In this document: one piece after another, positions 1 to 8,986 of the stretch | How positions within the stretch are numbered: position 1 is the stretch's first letter | How the letters are laid out: the number at the start of each line of letters is the position of its first letter | Program-made: the position numbers and the translations under genes | The notes under the pieces: generated by a model | Seen by the model: the letters and a program-made list of their open reading frames with translations, nothing else | The model's database searches: none | What the model was told of the DNA's origin: nothing | Origin: a virus | Taxonomy: Duplodnaviria > Caudoviricetes | Length of the DNA stretch: 61,015 bases | Strand: one strand, 5' to 3' | Virus record (IMG/VR): IMGVR_UViG_3300017971_000307 | Coordinates: 1-61,015 of that record

Positions 1-17
1 CACAGGGAGAATCAAAA

Positions 18-332
18 ATGACCAACACCAATAACACCAATAACAACACCAACACCAATAACAACACCACCAACAATGAAATAAACGTTGATCTTTTGAA
101 AGATCAACCAAAAACTTACAGCAAAACCGAGGTTAGAGGGTGTTGGGAGGTTCTCTACATTCGGTGTCCTCTTACCGAGGATACCGCTGGCGTAACAGAT
201 AGATATTACGCTAAAAAAGCAATAGCCAAAAGGTGGGTCGGAGATGAGGGTGAATGGTATGCGAAATGCAACAGAAGCCAGTGTACTTCTAAAAAACTTT
301 ATCTCCAATATAGAGCTCTATTAGACAAATAG
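18..332 (+). CDS. hypothetical early protein with N-terminal Asn/Thr low-complexity tract
   Basis: ORF with GGGAGA SD, followed by a terminator hairpin; N-terminus encoded by AAC/ACC/AAT repeats. Confidence 0.7.
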   Translation: MTNTNNTNNNTNTNNNTTNNEINVDLLKDQPKTYSKTEVRGCWEVLYIRCPLTEDTAGVTDRYYAKKAIAKRWVGDEGEWYAKCNRSQCTSKKLYLQYRALLDK

Positions 333-354
333 AGCTTTATTAAATAAATTCACA

Positions 355-385
355 AAAGCCCCTTTGATAGGGGCTTTCTTCTTTT
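355..385 (+). terminator. intrinsic terminator
   Basis: AAAGCCCCT-TTGAT-AGGGGCTTT stem-loop followed by T-rich tract. Confidence 0.75.
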
Positions 386-418
386 AAGAAGGAAAATTAT
401 TATATTCGTAAATATTTG

Positions 419-447
419 TTGACATAACGCTATTACCATGTCATATT
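419..447 (+). promoter_or_regulatory. sigma70-type promoter (TTGACA-17-CATATT, extended TG)
   Basis: Perfect -35 and 17-bp spacer; near-identical copy at 46612-46640. Confidence 0.7.
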
Positions 448-478
448 TAATATATAACAAACAAACAGGGGAATAAAG

Positions 479-781
479 ATGGCCAATCAAAAAAACCTTA
501 CCAGAGATCAAATCGAAAACCAATTTGACATTCGCTTAAATCACCTTGGTTTGGATATTATGGCTCAAGGCGAAGAAAATGGAATTCGAGTTAGTTGCCT
601 ATCAAAAAATCTTGTTCGTCTGTATGATGCTACCGATGAAGCCTATTTTCATGCTAACGATGCTTATAAACTTCTTTTTTGCGAAGGACTAGATAACGAA
701 CGTGAGACCGATGTACTTGCTGTTTTTTGGGAAGTGAGTGAAGAATATAGAATTCTAGGTAATGGCGGTTTTTCTAGATAA
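479..781 (+). CDS. hypothetical early protein
   Basis: ORF with AGGGG SD, between a promoter and a terminator. Confidence 0.75.
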   Translation: MANQKNLTRDQIENQFDIRLNHLGLDIMAQGEENGIRVSCLSKNLVRLYDATDEAYFHANDAYKLLFCEGLDNERETDVLAVFWEVSEEYRILGNGGFSR

Positions 782-803
782 TCAGTTGACAACACTGAAC
801 ATT

Positions 804-830
804 TTAAGGCCCCTTACATAGGGGCTTTAA
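804..830 (+). terminator. intrinsic terminator, similar to 355-377
   Basis: TTAAGGCCCCT-TACAT-AGGGGCTTTAA hairpin. Confidence 0.7.
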
Positions 831-924
831 ACGTTAAATAATAGAAAAATAAATAAAAAAAGTATTAAGTATTTTCTATAATATCCGATTTATATAATAA
901 CAGGGCAAACAACAGGGAGAAATT

Positions 925-1107
925 ATGAAAAAGCTAAACGCTATTCTAAATAGGACTAAAGTTAACTCTGGTTGTTCAATAGAAGAACAGCACACAGCGG
1001 CTCTAATAGCTCTCAAAATGGCAATAAATATGAATAATCCTATGGTTATTGCCAGAGCAAGAGTTGCTGTTTATAAAACAAGTCAACGTCGTTCCCGTTT
1101 AGCCTAA
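925..1107 (+). CDS. small hypothetical protein
   Basis: ORF with the same ACAGGGAGAA SD context as the first gene. Confidence 0.65.
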   Translation: MKKLNAILNRTKVNSGCSIEEQHTAALIALKMAINMNNPMVIARARVAVYKTSQRRSRLA

Positions 1108-2412
1108 TTGGAATTTCTAGGTTCAAAAAAACCCCCCACAAAACAACCCCCCATCAACCATAAAACGCGCAAAAACAAAGACCCCCATCAAAAAATCCCC
1201 AAAAAAGAGCGAAATACAATAAAATAACACCTTCGCATAAAACAAAAAATCCCCCATACCAAAAAAATCGCATAAATAAAATCTTCAATAATAACCATAA
1301 CAAAATAAACCCCTCTTAATTAATTAACCTATTAACATTATAAACATATAACCCTTATACAATAATAAACTAATAACTCATGTATCCCTCCAGAAACCTC
1401 CAGAAACCTCCATACAACCTTCATATCAATCCAAATACGTTATAATACCTCCTAATGCCTCCTAATACGTTATAATGCGTTGTAAATTCTCATAATGCGT
1501 TGTAAATTCAGGCGCATATCACATTTCCTTACAATAACGGCAACTTACGTATACTGCCATATAGAAGAATACAAAGTAGAGATATCTGCGCAAATTGCTT
1601 ACATGTAGGGGAAATTATGAAAAAGCATTGTGATATAAACAGTGCTTTGATGAAAAGGAATGTTATTTTGAGTTAAGAGGTGATGGAATTGATATAATTT
1701 CAATCCCTGAATCTATGGTATCCTAATAATATATGGACCTTAGCTTTCTCAAAGCTTCTTCTAACCTTCCATAATCTACCTCCTATACAGCAGGTATCTC
1801 CCTATTGTAAGCTTCTCAGTCAAACGTATGGGGCATCCTATGTATAGACCTACCCTTGAAGAAAGCTCAATCATTTCAACAATAGTACCCCTTACCTGTA
1901 CTAATCTGGAATATTTCTGTGTAATATAAAGTTGTAAGGGCTGTAAGTATTTGTATTTATATATGGCCTATAGGCAATATATAAGTTGGAACTAAGATTA
2001 TTTTATAATGGATATATGGTATATATATCAGTTATTTAGAGTGTTTTTTAGAGTGTTTTCAAAGCATTAGTTCAAACAAGTTGAACGTTTTCTATGTGGT
2101 ATGTAATATCAATAGGTTAGGTGCTATTTGTAAGCTTTTAGCCCCGGGGTAAGAAAACCTTCCATCCCTTCCAACGTTCCAATAAATACCATTGTCTCTT
2201 AAAGGCCTAGAATTCACCATTATAATATCTATATTATCTCTTTATTTTGTATTCAAATATGGTCAAATGTATGTTCCGACCCTCAATGTGTGTTCATGCC
2301 TACACGTGTGCCTACCCCTTAACACATGAAGAAGGTTTACGAAAAGGACTGCCAAAAGAGAGAAAAAAATTATATTATATAGATATTATAATGAACGATT
2401 GAGGGAGCATAA
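1108..2412. other. long non-coding, strand-skewed region (candidate terminus, packaging or origin region)
   Basis: No ORF of 60 aa or more; G-depleted A/C tracts; short tandem repeats; CCCCGGGG palindrome at 2142-2149. Confidence 0.4.
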
Positions 2413-3336
2413 ATGCAAGTACCTTTTAGTTATCAAGGTGGAAAGTTTAATATAGCGAAAAAGATATGTGACTTGATACCGAGACACACAGTATATGTTG
2501 AGCCATATTTTGGAAGCGGCGCGGTATTTTTTAGAAAGAGATATCCTTTAATAAGTAATAATCATCATTACAGAGAAGTGTTGAATGATTTGAATAGTGA
2601 CATTTATAATTTTTTCAGAGTGTTAAGGGATAGAGGAGAAGAATTAAAATTGAAGTGTGAGTTGACGCCTTATTCTAGAGAAGAGTATAAGATTTGTAAA
2701 GATCGAGAGAATTGTGATGATTTGGAAAGAGCGAGGAGATTTTATATATCTGCAAACATATCATTTGGAGGTAAATTGGATAGTGGATTTGGAAGGAGTA
2801 TATATGGTAAAAATAATCCATTATCGTTAATAAATAAAACGAATCTTTTGTTAGATTTTTCTAAAAGACTGAGATTAGCATATATAGAGAATGTAGATGC
2901 GATTGAATGTATAAAGAGGTGGGATTCACCGCAGACGTTTTTTTATTGTGATCCTCCATATCCTGAAACGAATCAAGATGGATATAAGCATAAATATACA
3001 ATATTTGATTTCGAGAAACTGATAGATGTTTTAGATTCATGTGTTGGTTCTTTCATTTTGAGTAGTTATGATAATGGATATTATCCAAAGAACAGTGAGA
3101 GATTTGAATTGGATACAATATGTCACATATCTGGCAAGGGTAAGACATTTAGAGATGGAGGAGATAAGAATTCAAAACCGACTCAAGAATCTATGGGGAA
3201 TAGAAAGCGAAAAGAGATTTTATATGTTCGTGGTTCTAGAATAGACGTTAGAAAAGAGATACAAATTTTATACGACAAGGGTTTGTATGATAGTTTTTAT
3301 GATAGTTTTTATGATTTGATAGAAAGTGATTATTGA
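2413..3336 (+). CDS. DNA adenine methyltransferase (Dam/D12 class)
   Basis: YQGGK, YVEPYFGSGAV (motif I), EVLND and CDPPY (motif IV). Confidence 0.92.
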   Translation: MQVPFSYQGGKFNIAKKICDLIPRHTVYVEPYFGSGAVFFRKRYPLISNNHHYREVLNDLNSDIYNFFRVLRDRGEELKLKCELTPYSREEYKICKDRENCDDLERARRFYISANISFGGKLDSGFGRSIYGKNNPLSLINKTNLLLDFSKRLRLAYIENVDAIECIKRWDSPQTFFYCDPPYPETNQDGYKHKYTIFDFEKLIDVLDSCVGSFILSSYDNGYYPKNSERFELDTICHISGKGKTFRDGGDKNSKPTQESMGNRKRKEILYVRGSRIDVRKEIQILYDKGLYDSFYDSFYDLIESDY

Positions 3337-3338
3337 TG

Positions 3339-3715
3339 CTATTGTTCTCCAAGATGAGGAACGGCTTCCTCGCATTGAGAATGGATAGCTCTTATTTTTT
3401 CTTCTAGCTCTTTGATTCTTTTTTTATAAGCTTCTAATGTGGCCATAATTGGAGTAGCATTTAATTCATAAACGGTTTCTGCTGTTTCGGCTACAATTTT
3501 ATCGTAACACGGAAGACCGCAATAGCCATCTAGAGAGTATCCTATAAGTTGTGCAAATTGACTATGTTCATCGAGTGATACATTCCACGTGTCGATTTCA
3601 TTTCAATCAATACCACCATCATTGAGTAGCCGACGAACAATTTTATTTTTTTGAATCGAATGATACCTTTATGATCTTTGACTAAGGGTTGAATTGGATG
3701 TTTTTTTTCGGTCAT
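3339..3715 (-). pseudogene. disrupted conserved phage hypothetical gene (HPIQPL...FAQLIGYSL type)
   Basis: 377 nt from ATG to TAG; adding one A to the A7 run near 3650 restores a 125-codon frame that still contains an in-frame TGA near 3604. Confidence 0.6.
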
Positions 3716-3835
3716 TTTGTTTTCCTTTTTTGATTTCTCTATATTTTTCTGCTATTAGCGTTATGGCCAATAATGGATACCATAATATGTTACAACCATC
3801 AAACCATTGCATGCCGTGCATATTTTATTTCCTTT

Positions 3836-4159
3836 TTACAATGCTTTTAGCATTTCATCTCTTTGGTATGTTTTGATTTTGTCTAAGATGTTTTCAAGAA
3901 ATACAATTGCGTCATTGACGATATTTTCGTGTGAAGAATTTTTATCATAATAGACGGAATTGAATTCTTCCATAATACCATCAAATTCCTTATGGTTTAG
4001 TCCTAGGATGGAAAGAGTATTGCTTTCATTTATAAGCATAAAGAGAAGATTTAGCATATTGGAAGATATAAAGATTTTGTTTCCAGTATCCAATTTACCT
4101 TTTAGAATGTGTAAGATATTTTGGACAAAAAAACTTATTGTTGATGCATTTAGTTTCAT
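3836..4159 (-). CDS. hypothetical protein
   Basis: ORF in leftward operon; start overlaps the upstream stop. Confidence 0.65.
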   Translation of the reverse strand: MKLNASTISFFVQNILHILKGKLDTGNKIFISSNMLNLLFMLINESNTLSILGLNHKEFDGIMEEFNSVYYDKNSSHENIVNDAIVFLENILDKIKTYQRDEMLKAL

Positions 4160-4377
4160 GAATTTTTCCTTTTATTAGAGTAGCACTTGTTATTTACGAA
4201 AGAAATATAGCCGATACAATCTAATGTTTCGACAATCTCTCTTATAAGAATAGTGTCATCACAGTCTATTTTATCAGCAATGCCAGGAACAGTGATGCCT
4301 GGATTTTCTTTTATGGCCATTTTTATTTTCATTGTGAGTTCAGCAAGTTTTGTTAATTTTTTTCGTATTTGACTCAT
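4156..4377 (-). CDS. small winged-helix-like protein
   Basis: IKENPGITVPGIADKI...LDCIGYI resembles a wHTH; coupled overlaps on both sides. Confidence 0.55.
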   Translation of the reverse strand: MSQIRKKLTKLAELTMKIKMAIKENPGITVPGIADKIDCDDTILIREIVETLDCIGYISFVNNKCYSNKRKNS

Positions 4378-4604
4378 CTGTATAGACCCTTTACGCCTTC
4401 ATTGGGATCAACATGAACTTGAGCGGAATATCCTCCACAATGAGGACATTTTCCTCTAAATCTATCCCACCAGGAAGCGACTTCTTTTTCGCAAAAGATG
4501 CATAGGTATAAATTACAACCACTACAACCACTACAACCATTACAACCATTACAACTAATCCAATGGTGATAATAACCTTTGTTTCGATTAAATATCGAAA
4601 GCAT
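4374..4604 (-). CDS. Cys-rich zinc-ribbon protein
   Basis: CNGCNGCSGCSGC, CIFC and CPHC motifs; GAGGAG SD. Confidence 0.6.
   Translation of the reverse strand: MLSIFNRNKGYYHHWISCNGCNGCSGCSGCNLYLCIFCEKEVASWWDRFRGKCPHCGGYSAQVHVDPNEGVKGLYR
4512..4556. repeat. 9-bp tandem repeat x5 (A[T/C]TACAAC[C/T])
   Basis: Directly visible; encodes the CxG repeats. Confidence 0.85.
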
Positions 4605-4608
4605 TAAA

Positions 4609-4749
4609 TTACTCCTCTATATTATTCCATAATAAGTCATAAAAAAGACTTTTGGTTGCCTCGTTGTGAATCTCACGAATATACTTCGTTCGTCCTGGAT
4701 CTATCGTCCTAATCGCTACATTCAACCAAGCTTGATAATGCCAATACAT
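4609..4749 (-). CDS. 46-aa microprotein MYWHYQAWL...NIEE (not in ORF track)
   Basis: Open frame with AAGGT SD filling an operon gap; paralogue at 11291-11446. Confidence 0.6.
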   Translation of the reverse strand: MYWHYQAWLNVAIRTIDPGRTKYIREIHNEATKSLFYDLLWNNIEE

Positions 4750-4800
4750 TATTTGACCTTCTTTTTTTTATTTTGGGTTTATGGTTAGGATCGAACCAAT

Positions 4801-5127
4801 CTAAGGTTCTGGATCTATCTCAAGCTGTTCAGGCTCCAAAACTAATGTGCATTCATTAATGTGTACAACTTTCATCGTGATATCTTTGACCGTTACAAGC
4901 TCACCTACTCTTAATATTGGCCAGTGTCTTGGTACTGGTTCACCATTTGCTCTAACAAGTTTTTTTTGTAAAGTTTTTGAAGCATTTTTAACAAGATCTT
5001 CTATTGTTTGTATTTTATCAAATTTCGGATTATCTAGCTTTTGTCCTGCAAGCTTAGCAAGCATTTCTTTTTGTCCATCACTAAGATCTCTAAATAAAGG
5101 TTCAAATTTACCAGTTTTAGGATTCAT
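4801..5127 (-). CDS. hypothetical protein
   Basis: ORF coupled to the MazG-like gene. Confidence 0.7.
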   Translation of the reverse strand: MNPKTGKFEPLFRDLSDGQKEMLAKLAGQKLDNPKFDKIQTIEDLVKNASKTLQKKLVRANGEPVPRHWPILRVGELVTVKDITMKVVHINECTLVLEPEQLEIDPEP

Positions 5128-5453
5128 CGATTATCACCACTTCCTTTTAATCTATTCCTTTTTTTTCTTGAATGTAGCTTATCTAAATTTGTTTTAGCTA
5201 CATCATCTAATGATATACCCATCTCATATGAGATAGCAGCCAGATACCACAATACATCACCAAGTTCTTTACATAAAGCGTTTATATGTTCTCCTGTTAT
5301 GACTCCATCATGGTCTCTTATTATCTTTTTTATTTTCCCTGCCACCTCACCAGCTTCTTCGCTTAGCCCTAATACAGGATAAATTATATTATTCCCTATA
5401 TTTGGATAAATAGCTGTACTTAAAGCTTTTTTTTCATAATCTTTAATATTCAT
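5124..5453 (-). CDS. mazG: MazG-like nucleoside triphosphate pyrophosphohydrolase
   Basis: GLSEEAGEVAGKIKK, KELGDVLWYLA and NLDKL..R...GSGDNR motifs. Confidence 0.9.
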   Translation of the reverse strand: MNIKDYEKKALSTAIYPNIGNNIIYPVLGLSEEAGEVAGKIKKIIRDHDGVITGEHINALCKELGDVLWYLAAISYEMGISLDDVAKTNLDKLHSRKKRNRLKGSGDNR

Positions 5454-5550
5454 TGCTTATCCTATAATAAATCACTTTGTTTGTCTAGCTTACGAATTTC
5501 AACTATTTCCAGAATGGAAACACTTCATTTGTCTTCTTTATCTGTTTTTA

Positions 5551-5979
5551 TTATTTTTTCATATCTTCCATGCATTTATGCGGATTTATTGGAACAAAAA
5601 CAAAAAAGTATTCGGGTTCAAATTCTTCATAAGGAACATAATCGGGTTTATTACTAGCAGGATCAAATATAAGTCTACCTCTCCTCCATACAACTGCATG
5701 TCCTTTAGCACATGCAATAATTGGAACTTTATCAAGGCTCAAAGATAGCGATTCTAATAATTTACTCTCCTTATCTTTCGGAATAAAAGTGACTTCAACA
5801 AATCCTCTCTCTTCAAACCAATCATCCCAATGTGGAATCTCTCCACCATTCTCAACCAATAACATCGGATCCTTGGAAGCTAAACGAAAATGTGGGACTT
5901 CTTCTATCTCTAATTCAAATATAGAAGCTATACACGCTCTGTAACAATCATCATGATATTGTTGATACACTTTTTTCAT
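5551..5979 (-). CDS. putative papain/C39-like peptidase-fold phage protein
   Basis: QQ...DCYRACIAS, HAVVW and IFDP suggest a Cys-His-Asp triad. Confidence 0.5.
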   Translation of the reverse strand: MKKVYQQYHDDCYRACIASIFELEIEEVPHFRLASKDPMLLVENGGEIPHWDDWFEERGFVEVTFIPKDKESKLLESLSLSLDKVPIIACAKGHAVVWRRGRLIFDPASNKPDYVPYEEFEPEYFFVFVPINPHKCMEDMKK

Positions 5980-6066
5980 TGGCTTTAAATTCCTCGTTTT
6001 TCTTTACACAGGTTAAAACTTTTCAATTTTCATATTCTGTTTCTTTTCTTTTTTATTGATTTATTT

Positions 6067-6354
6067 TTAATTAAATTTTACCAATGTAGGAGTATGTCCT
6101 CCACATTTATATATACGTGTGTTAGGTACAAATGTTACAGCTTCAGAGATATTATCACCTTGCTGTGTCGTTACTTGGACAATACAGCCTACTCCAAAAA
6201 TCTCCATGGCTTTTGTGCTTTTCATCCAATTTTGTTTTTTACTTGATGCTTTGCATAACAAGACCCATGTATCTGGATCCCCGTATACCTCAACATCTGA
6301 TACCTTCTTTTTTGCTTCTTCTGTGTTCTTTACATTTAATGTTTTATCTGGCAT
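6067..6354 (-). CDS. conserved phage hypothetical protein
   Basis: KASS...WMKSTKAMEI..GCIVQVTTQQG...EAVTFVP pattern familiar from phage proteins. Confidence 0.75.
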   Translation of the reverse strand: MPDKTLNVKNTEEAKKKVSDVEVYGDPDTWVLLCKASSKKQNWMKSTKAMEIFGVGCIVQVTTQQGDNISEAVTFVPNTRIYKCGGHTPTLVKFN

Positions 6355-6649
6355 CTTTTAACTCCTTAAATATCTTGCACAGATCTTGAACAGCTAATTC
6401 TTCTTCTTTTTTTCCACCACGTCTTACCGCAGTAAAAAGAACATGAATTATTTCATGAAATGCATATTGGTCAATACAAATACCCTTCGGACAACAAGAC
6501 ACTTCTACTTCTGGCATATTCTGATCAAAAAAAATCCGCCCAGAAAATTTTTTTGTATATTCAGAAATGTCCTCTGATTCAATAATCCAGTTGTCTAATA
6601 GACGAAATTTAGATGACCAATAATCTAATCTTTTAGCTAATTCTGACAT
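6344..6649 (-). CDS. putative zinc metallopeptidase-like protein
   Basis: HEIIH (HExxH) plus downstream EEE. Confidence 0.5.
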   Translation of the reverse strand: MSELAKRLDYWSSKFRLLDNWIIESEDISEYTKKFSGRIFFDQNMPEVEVSCCPKGICIDQYAFHEIIHVLFTAVRRGGKKEEELAVQDLCKIFKELKDAR

Positions 6650-6699
6650 TATTACCTCATTGTGTCGTTATTTAAATAATTCAAACATTGCTTGTTTTA

Positions 6700-6942
6700 T
6701 CAATTGTATTCTCCATTCAACCTTTTGTTCGCAGTATATTCTATCAATGCACATAAGATAAAAAATAATGTAGGAAGACTAAAAATTAATACTGGCATAT
6801 AAATCATATGCCATGAAATATCTAATATTTCCTTTGGTAGCAATAAGTTTATAATGCCTATAGAAAATGCAACACTGTAAACTATTCCAAGAAATAAACC
6901 ATATATTCTTAAAATAATATTAGTTAATACTTTTTTTTCCAT
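6700..6942 (-). CDS. small membrane protein (2 TM)
   Basis: Two hydrophobic segments; start placed at MEKK after a GAGGAG SD. Confidence 0.6.
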   Translation of the reverse strand: MEKKVLTNIILRIYGLFLGIVYSVAFSIGIINLLLPKEILDISWHMIYMPVLIFSLPTLFFILCALIEYTANKRLNGEYN

Positions 6943-6995
6943 GTTCATCTCCTCATAATAATGGTTTTTTATTACACCAAATATTGTAATCAATA

Positions 6996-7460
6996 CTATC
7001 TTCTGCAAAAGATATGTTCCATCGAATACATTATCTTGTGTTCACATTTTTTACTCAATGCTTGATTGAATTGAATTTCATTCATAGATTTATTGAACAA
7101 ATCAAAAGCAGTCAAAGTATCATATTCTTCACCAATGCGAACAATCATGTTTATGAATACTACATGATTAACTGATGAAGACATAAACAATTCGATGATA
7201 AGACAAGCTTTTTTTGTACCCTTGCATTTGTAATAGTGTTTTTCATCGTAAAATGTATTTTGTCTTGCTTTGATATGGCCAAACTTAAATGTTTTTACGA
7301 TGATTCCAGCTGCTTGGTTTATTGTGTGTTTGATATCACGATATAGATTTGAATCTATGAATGTAACAATATCTTCCTTTGTGGTTGTTTTTATTTTATG
7401 TTCAAATGTATCATTTGTAGTATTGATGTATTCGTTTTTTACGATAAATTTATATGACAT
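6996..7460 (-). CDS. hypothetical protein (possible distant paralogue of 9318 and 10860 genes)
   Basis: ORF with AAGGA SD; similar length and N-terminus. Confidence 0.65.
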   Translation of the reverse strand: MSYKFIVKNEYINTTNDTFEHKIKTTTKEDIVTFIDSNLYRDIKHTINQAAGIIVKTFKFGHIKARQNTFYDEKHYYKCKGTKKACLIIELFMSSSVNHVVFINMIVRIGEEYDTLTAFDLFNKSMNEIQFNQALSKKCEHKIMYSMEHIFCRR

Positions 7461-7551
7461 AGAAGTATCCTTTTATATTATTTAACTTAATGGTATCGAT
7501 ATTGCAATTAATACCTTTAATATACATGTTTCTACGGTTGATCGTAATGAA

Positions 7552-8232
7552 TTATTCTTTTTGAAAAGTTAAATATCTTGAGCATAGGTGTGCTGGCAAT
7601 TTTGTATTATGTTCAGTGACCAGACAACCAATTTCTTCTATTGAAGAAAATGTATTTATTTTTGTCAATTGATCATTTTTACGTATATCCAAATTTCCTT
7701 TTACATTTTTCAAGCTATCAAACCCTTCGATTGTTTCTAATTTATTACATAGAATAATGGTCAATGAACCACCAATATATTTTAAGCTATTTATGCCATT
7801 GATATTTTTCAAATCATTAAGTCCCATGATGCTTAAATTACCACAACAATGTTTTAAATTATTAATTCCTGATAAATTACCAATTGGACTATCAACTATT
7901 GATATACTTTTCATGATATGAGTTATTGAAGCCATAAAATCAAGATTAGTTACGTTGTTTGATTGAATACAGGCATTACCAGATATTTGATTGTACATGC
8001 CACGCCATAGAATATCCGGATCATTGATGAACTCCCTTCGTTCATGGTTGTAATTCCATCCCCATATTTTAGGAGGAAAATGTTTTGCTAGACTAAGACG
8101 CCAATGAACAGATGGACCTTTAGCACCAGCTTTATCCATCCATTCTTCAAAGTTATCAATGGTGAATATGCCTTCATGCATTCCATCCCAAAACACAGCG
8201 GTAAATTCATCTATTTCTTTATTATTGTTCAT
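7552..8232 (-). CDS. receptor L-domain/LRR-like protein
   Basis: About 25-aa repeats LxxIxGxxxLxxxxGxLxIxxxxxL in the C-terminal half. Confidence 0.7.
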   Translation of the reverse strand: MNNNKEIDEFTAVFWDGMHEGIFTIDNFEEWMDKAGAKGPSVHWRLSLAKHFPPKIWGWNYNHERREFINDPDILWRGMYNQISGNACIQSNNVTNLDFMASITHIMKSISIVDSPIGNLSGINNLKHCCGNLSIMGLNDLKNINGINSLKYIGGSLTIILCNKLETIEGFDSLKNVKGNLDIRKNDQLTKINTFSSIEEIGCLVTEHNTKLPAHLCSRYLTFQKE

Positions 8233-8233
8233 T

Positions 8234-8986
8234 TTATTTTTGAATAACTAGTATAGGTTGTGCCTTTAATCTTATTCCATCAATAAGTTCATCCCCATTA
8301 TTATCAACTTCTATCAAAACAGCTGAAGCTCCATGCAATTTTATCTTTGGTAAATCAAAACAAAAAGGACGTGAAAACCGAAAGATGCGTGGCGTATCCA
8401 TAATATTAGGAGGTTCATTATTTGAACGAAATTCTCCTTTCAATCTCCAACCATCTTCTACAATTTTTCCATCTAAAGTTACTTCGCATAAACAATGCTT
8501 ATTAATGATAATATTATCGTATTGAATATACACATAAGCAAAGTATTTATAATCTTCTTTACCTACATTGATAGTATTTCTAATACATTTATCATCTGAA
8601 ATCCAATAAACACCATCTTCAGCCACTACATCATCGATATTTTCAAAAGGAAGGATAGCCTTTGTTGAATTATTTTCAAAAATAAGAGGTGAAACTTTTT
8701 CTGGTTCTTTATTGATTTTTTTTTCAGGAATCATATAAGGTAGATTCTTATCTATGAGTGTTCGGATATCTGCTGTTAATTCTGACCGAAAATCCTTTTG
8801 AAAATTTTCTTGTAACGATTTTATATTTTTAATTAATTTCTCTGTTTGCTGCCTATGGTATAAAATGAATAAAATAAGAGTGGCCAAAAATGCAAAAAAA
8901 ACAGCATTACGTTTTACAGCGTTTTCAAGTGCAATTGTTAAATATCTTTCCAAAATTGTATTTTCATTTTTATGTTTTAAGCTCAT
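8234..8986 (-). CDS. membrane-anchored hypothetical protein
   Basis: N-terminal TM (AVFFAFLATLILFILY) then coiled coil. Confidence 0.7.
   Translation of the reverse strand: MSLKHKNENTILERYLTIALENAVKRNAVFFAFLATLILFILYHRQQTEKLIKNIKSLQENFQKDFRSELTADIRTLIDKNLPYMIPEKKINKEPEKVSPLIFENNSTKAILPFENIDDVVAEDGVYWISDDKCIRNTINVGKEDYKYFAYVYIQYDNIIINKHCLCEVTLDGKIVEDGWRLKGEFRSNNEPPNIMDTPRIFRFSRPFCFDLPKIKLHGASAVLIEVDNNGDELIDGIRLKAQPILVIQK

Noticed and set aside
12-308. Minus-strand ORF opposite the first gene, plus many other antisense or overlapping ORFs in the track (e.g. 3960, 4847, 18522, 27220, 50896, 57491)
   Set aside because: Shadow frames of better-supported genes, with no SD or motifs
1387-1509. Short tandem repeats as a possible CRISPR mini-array
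   Set aside because: Repeats are 10-18 bp and nearly adjacent, with no 30-40 bp spacers; no cas genes
3603-3605. In-frame TGA suggesting stop-codon reassignment
   Set aside because: Many clear genes (terminase, Dam-like methylase, tape measure, primase) end in TGA and long genes are intact in the standard code
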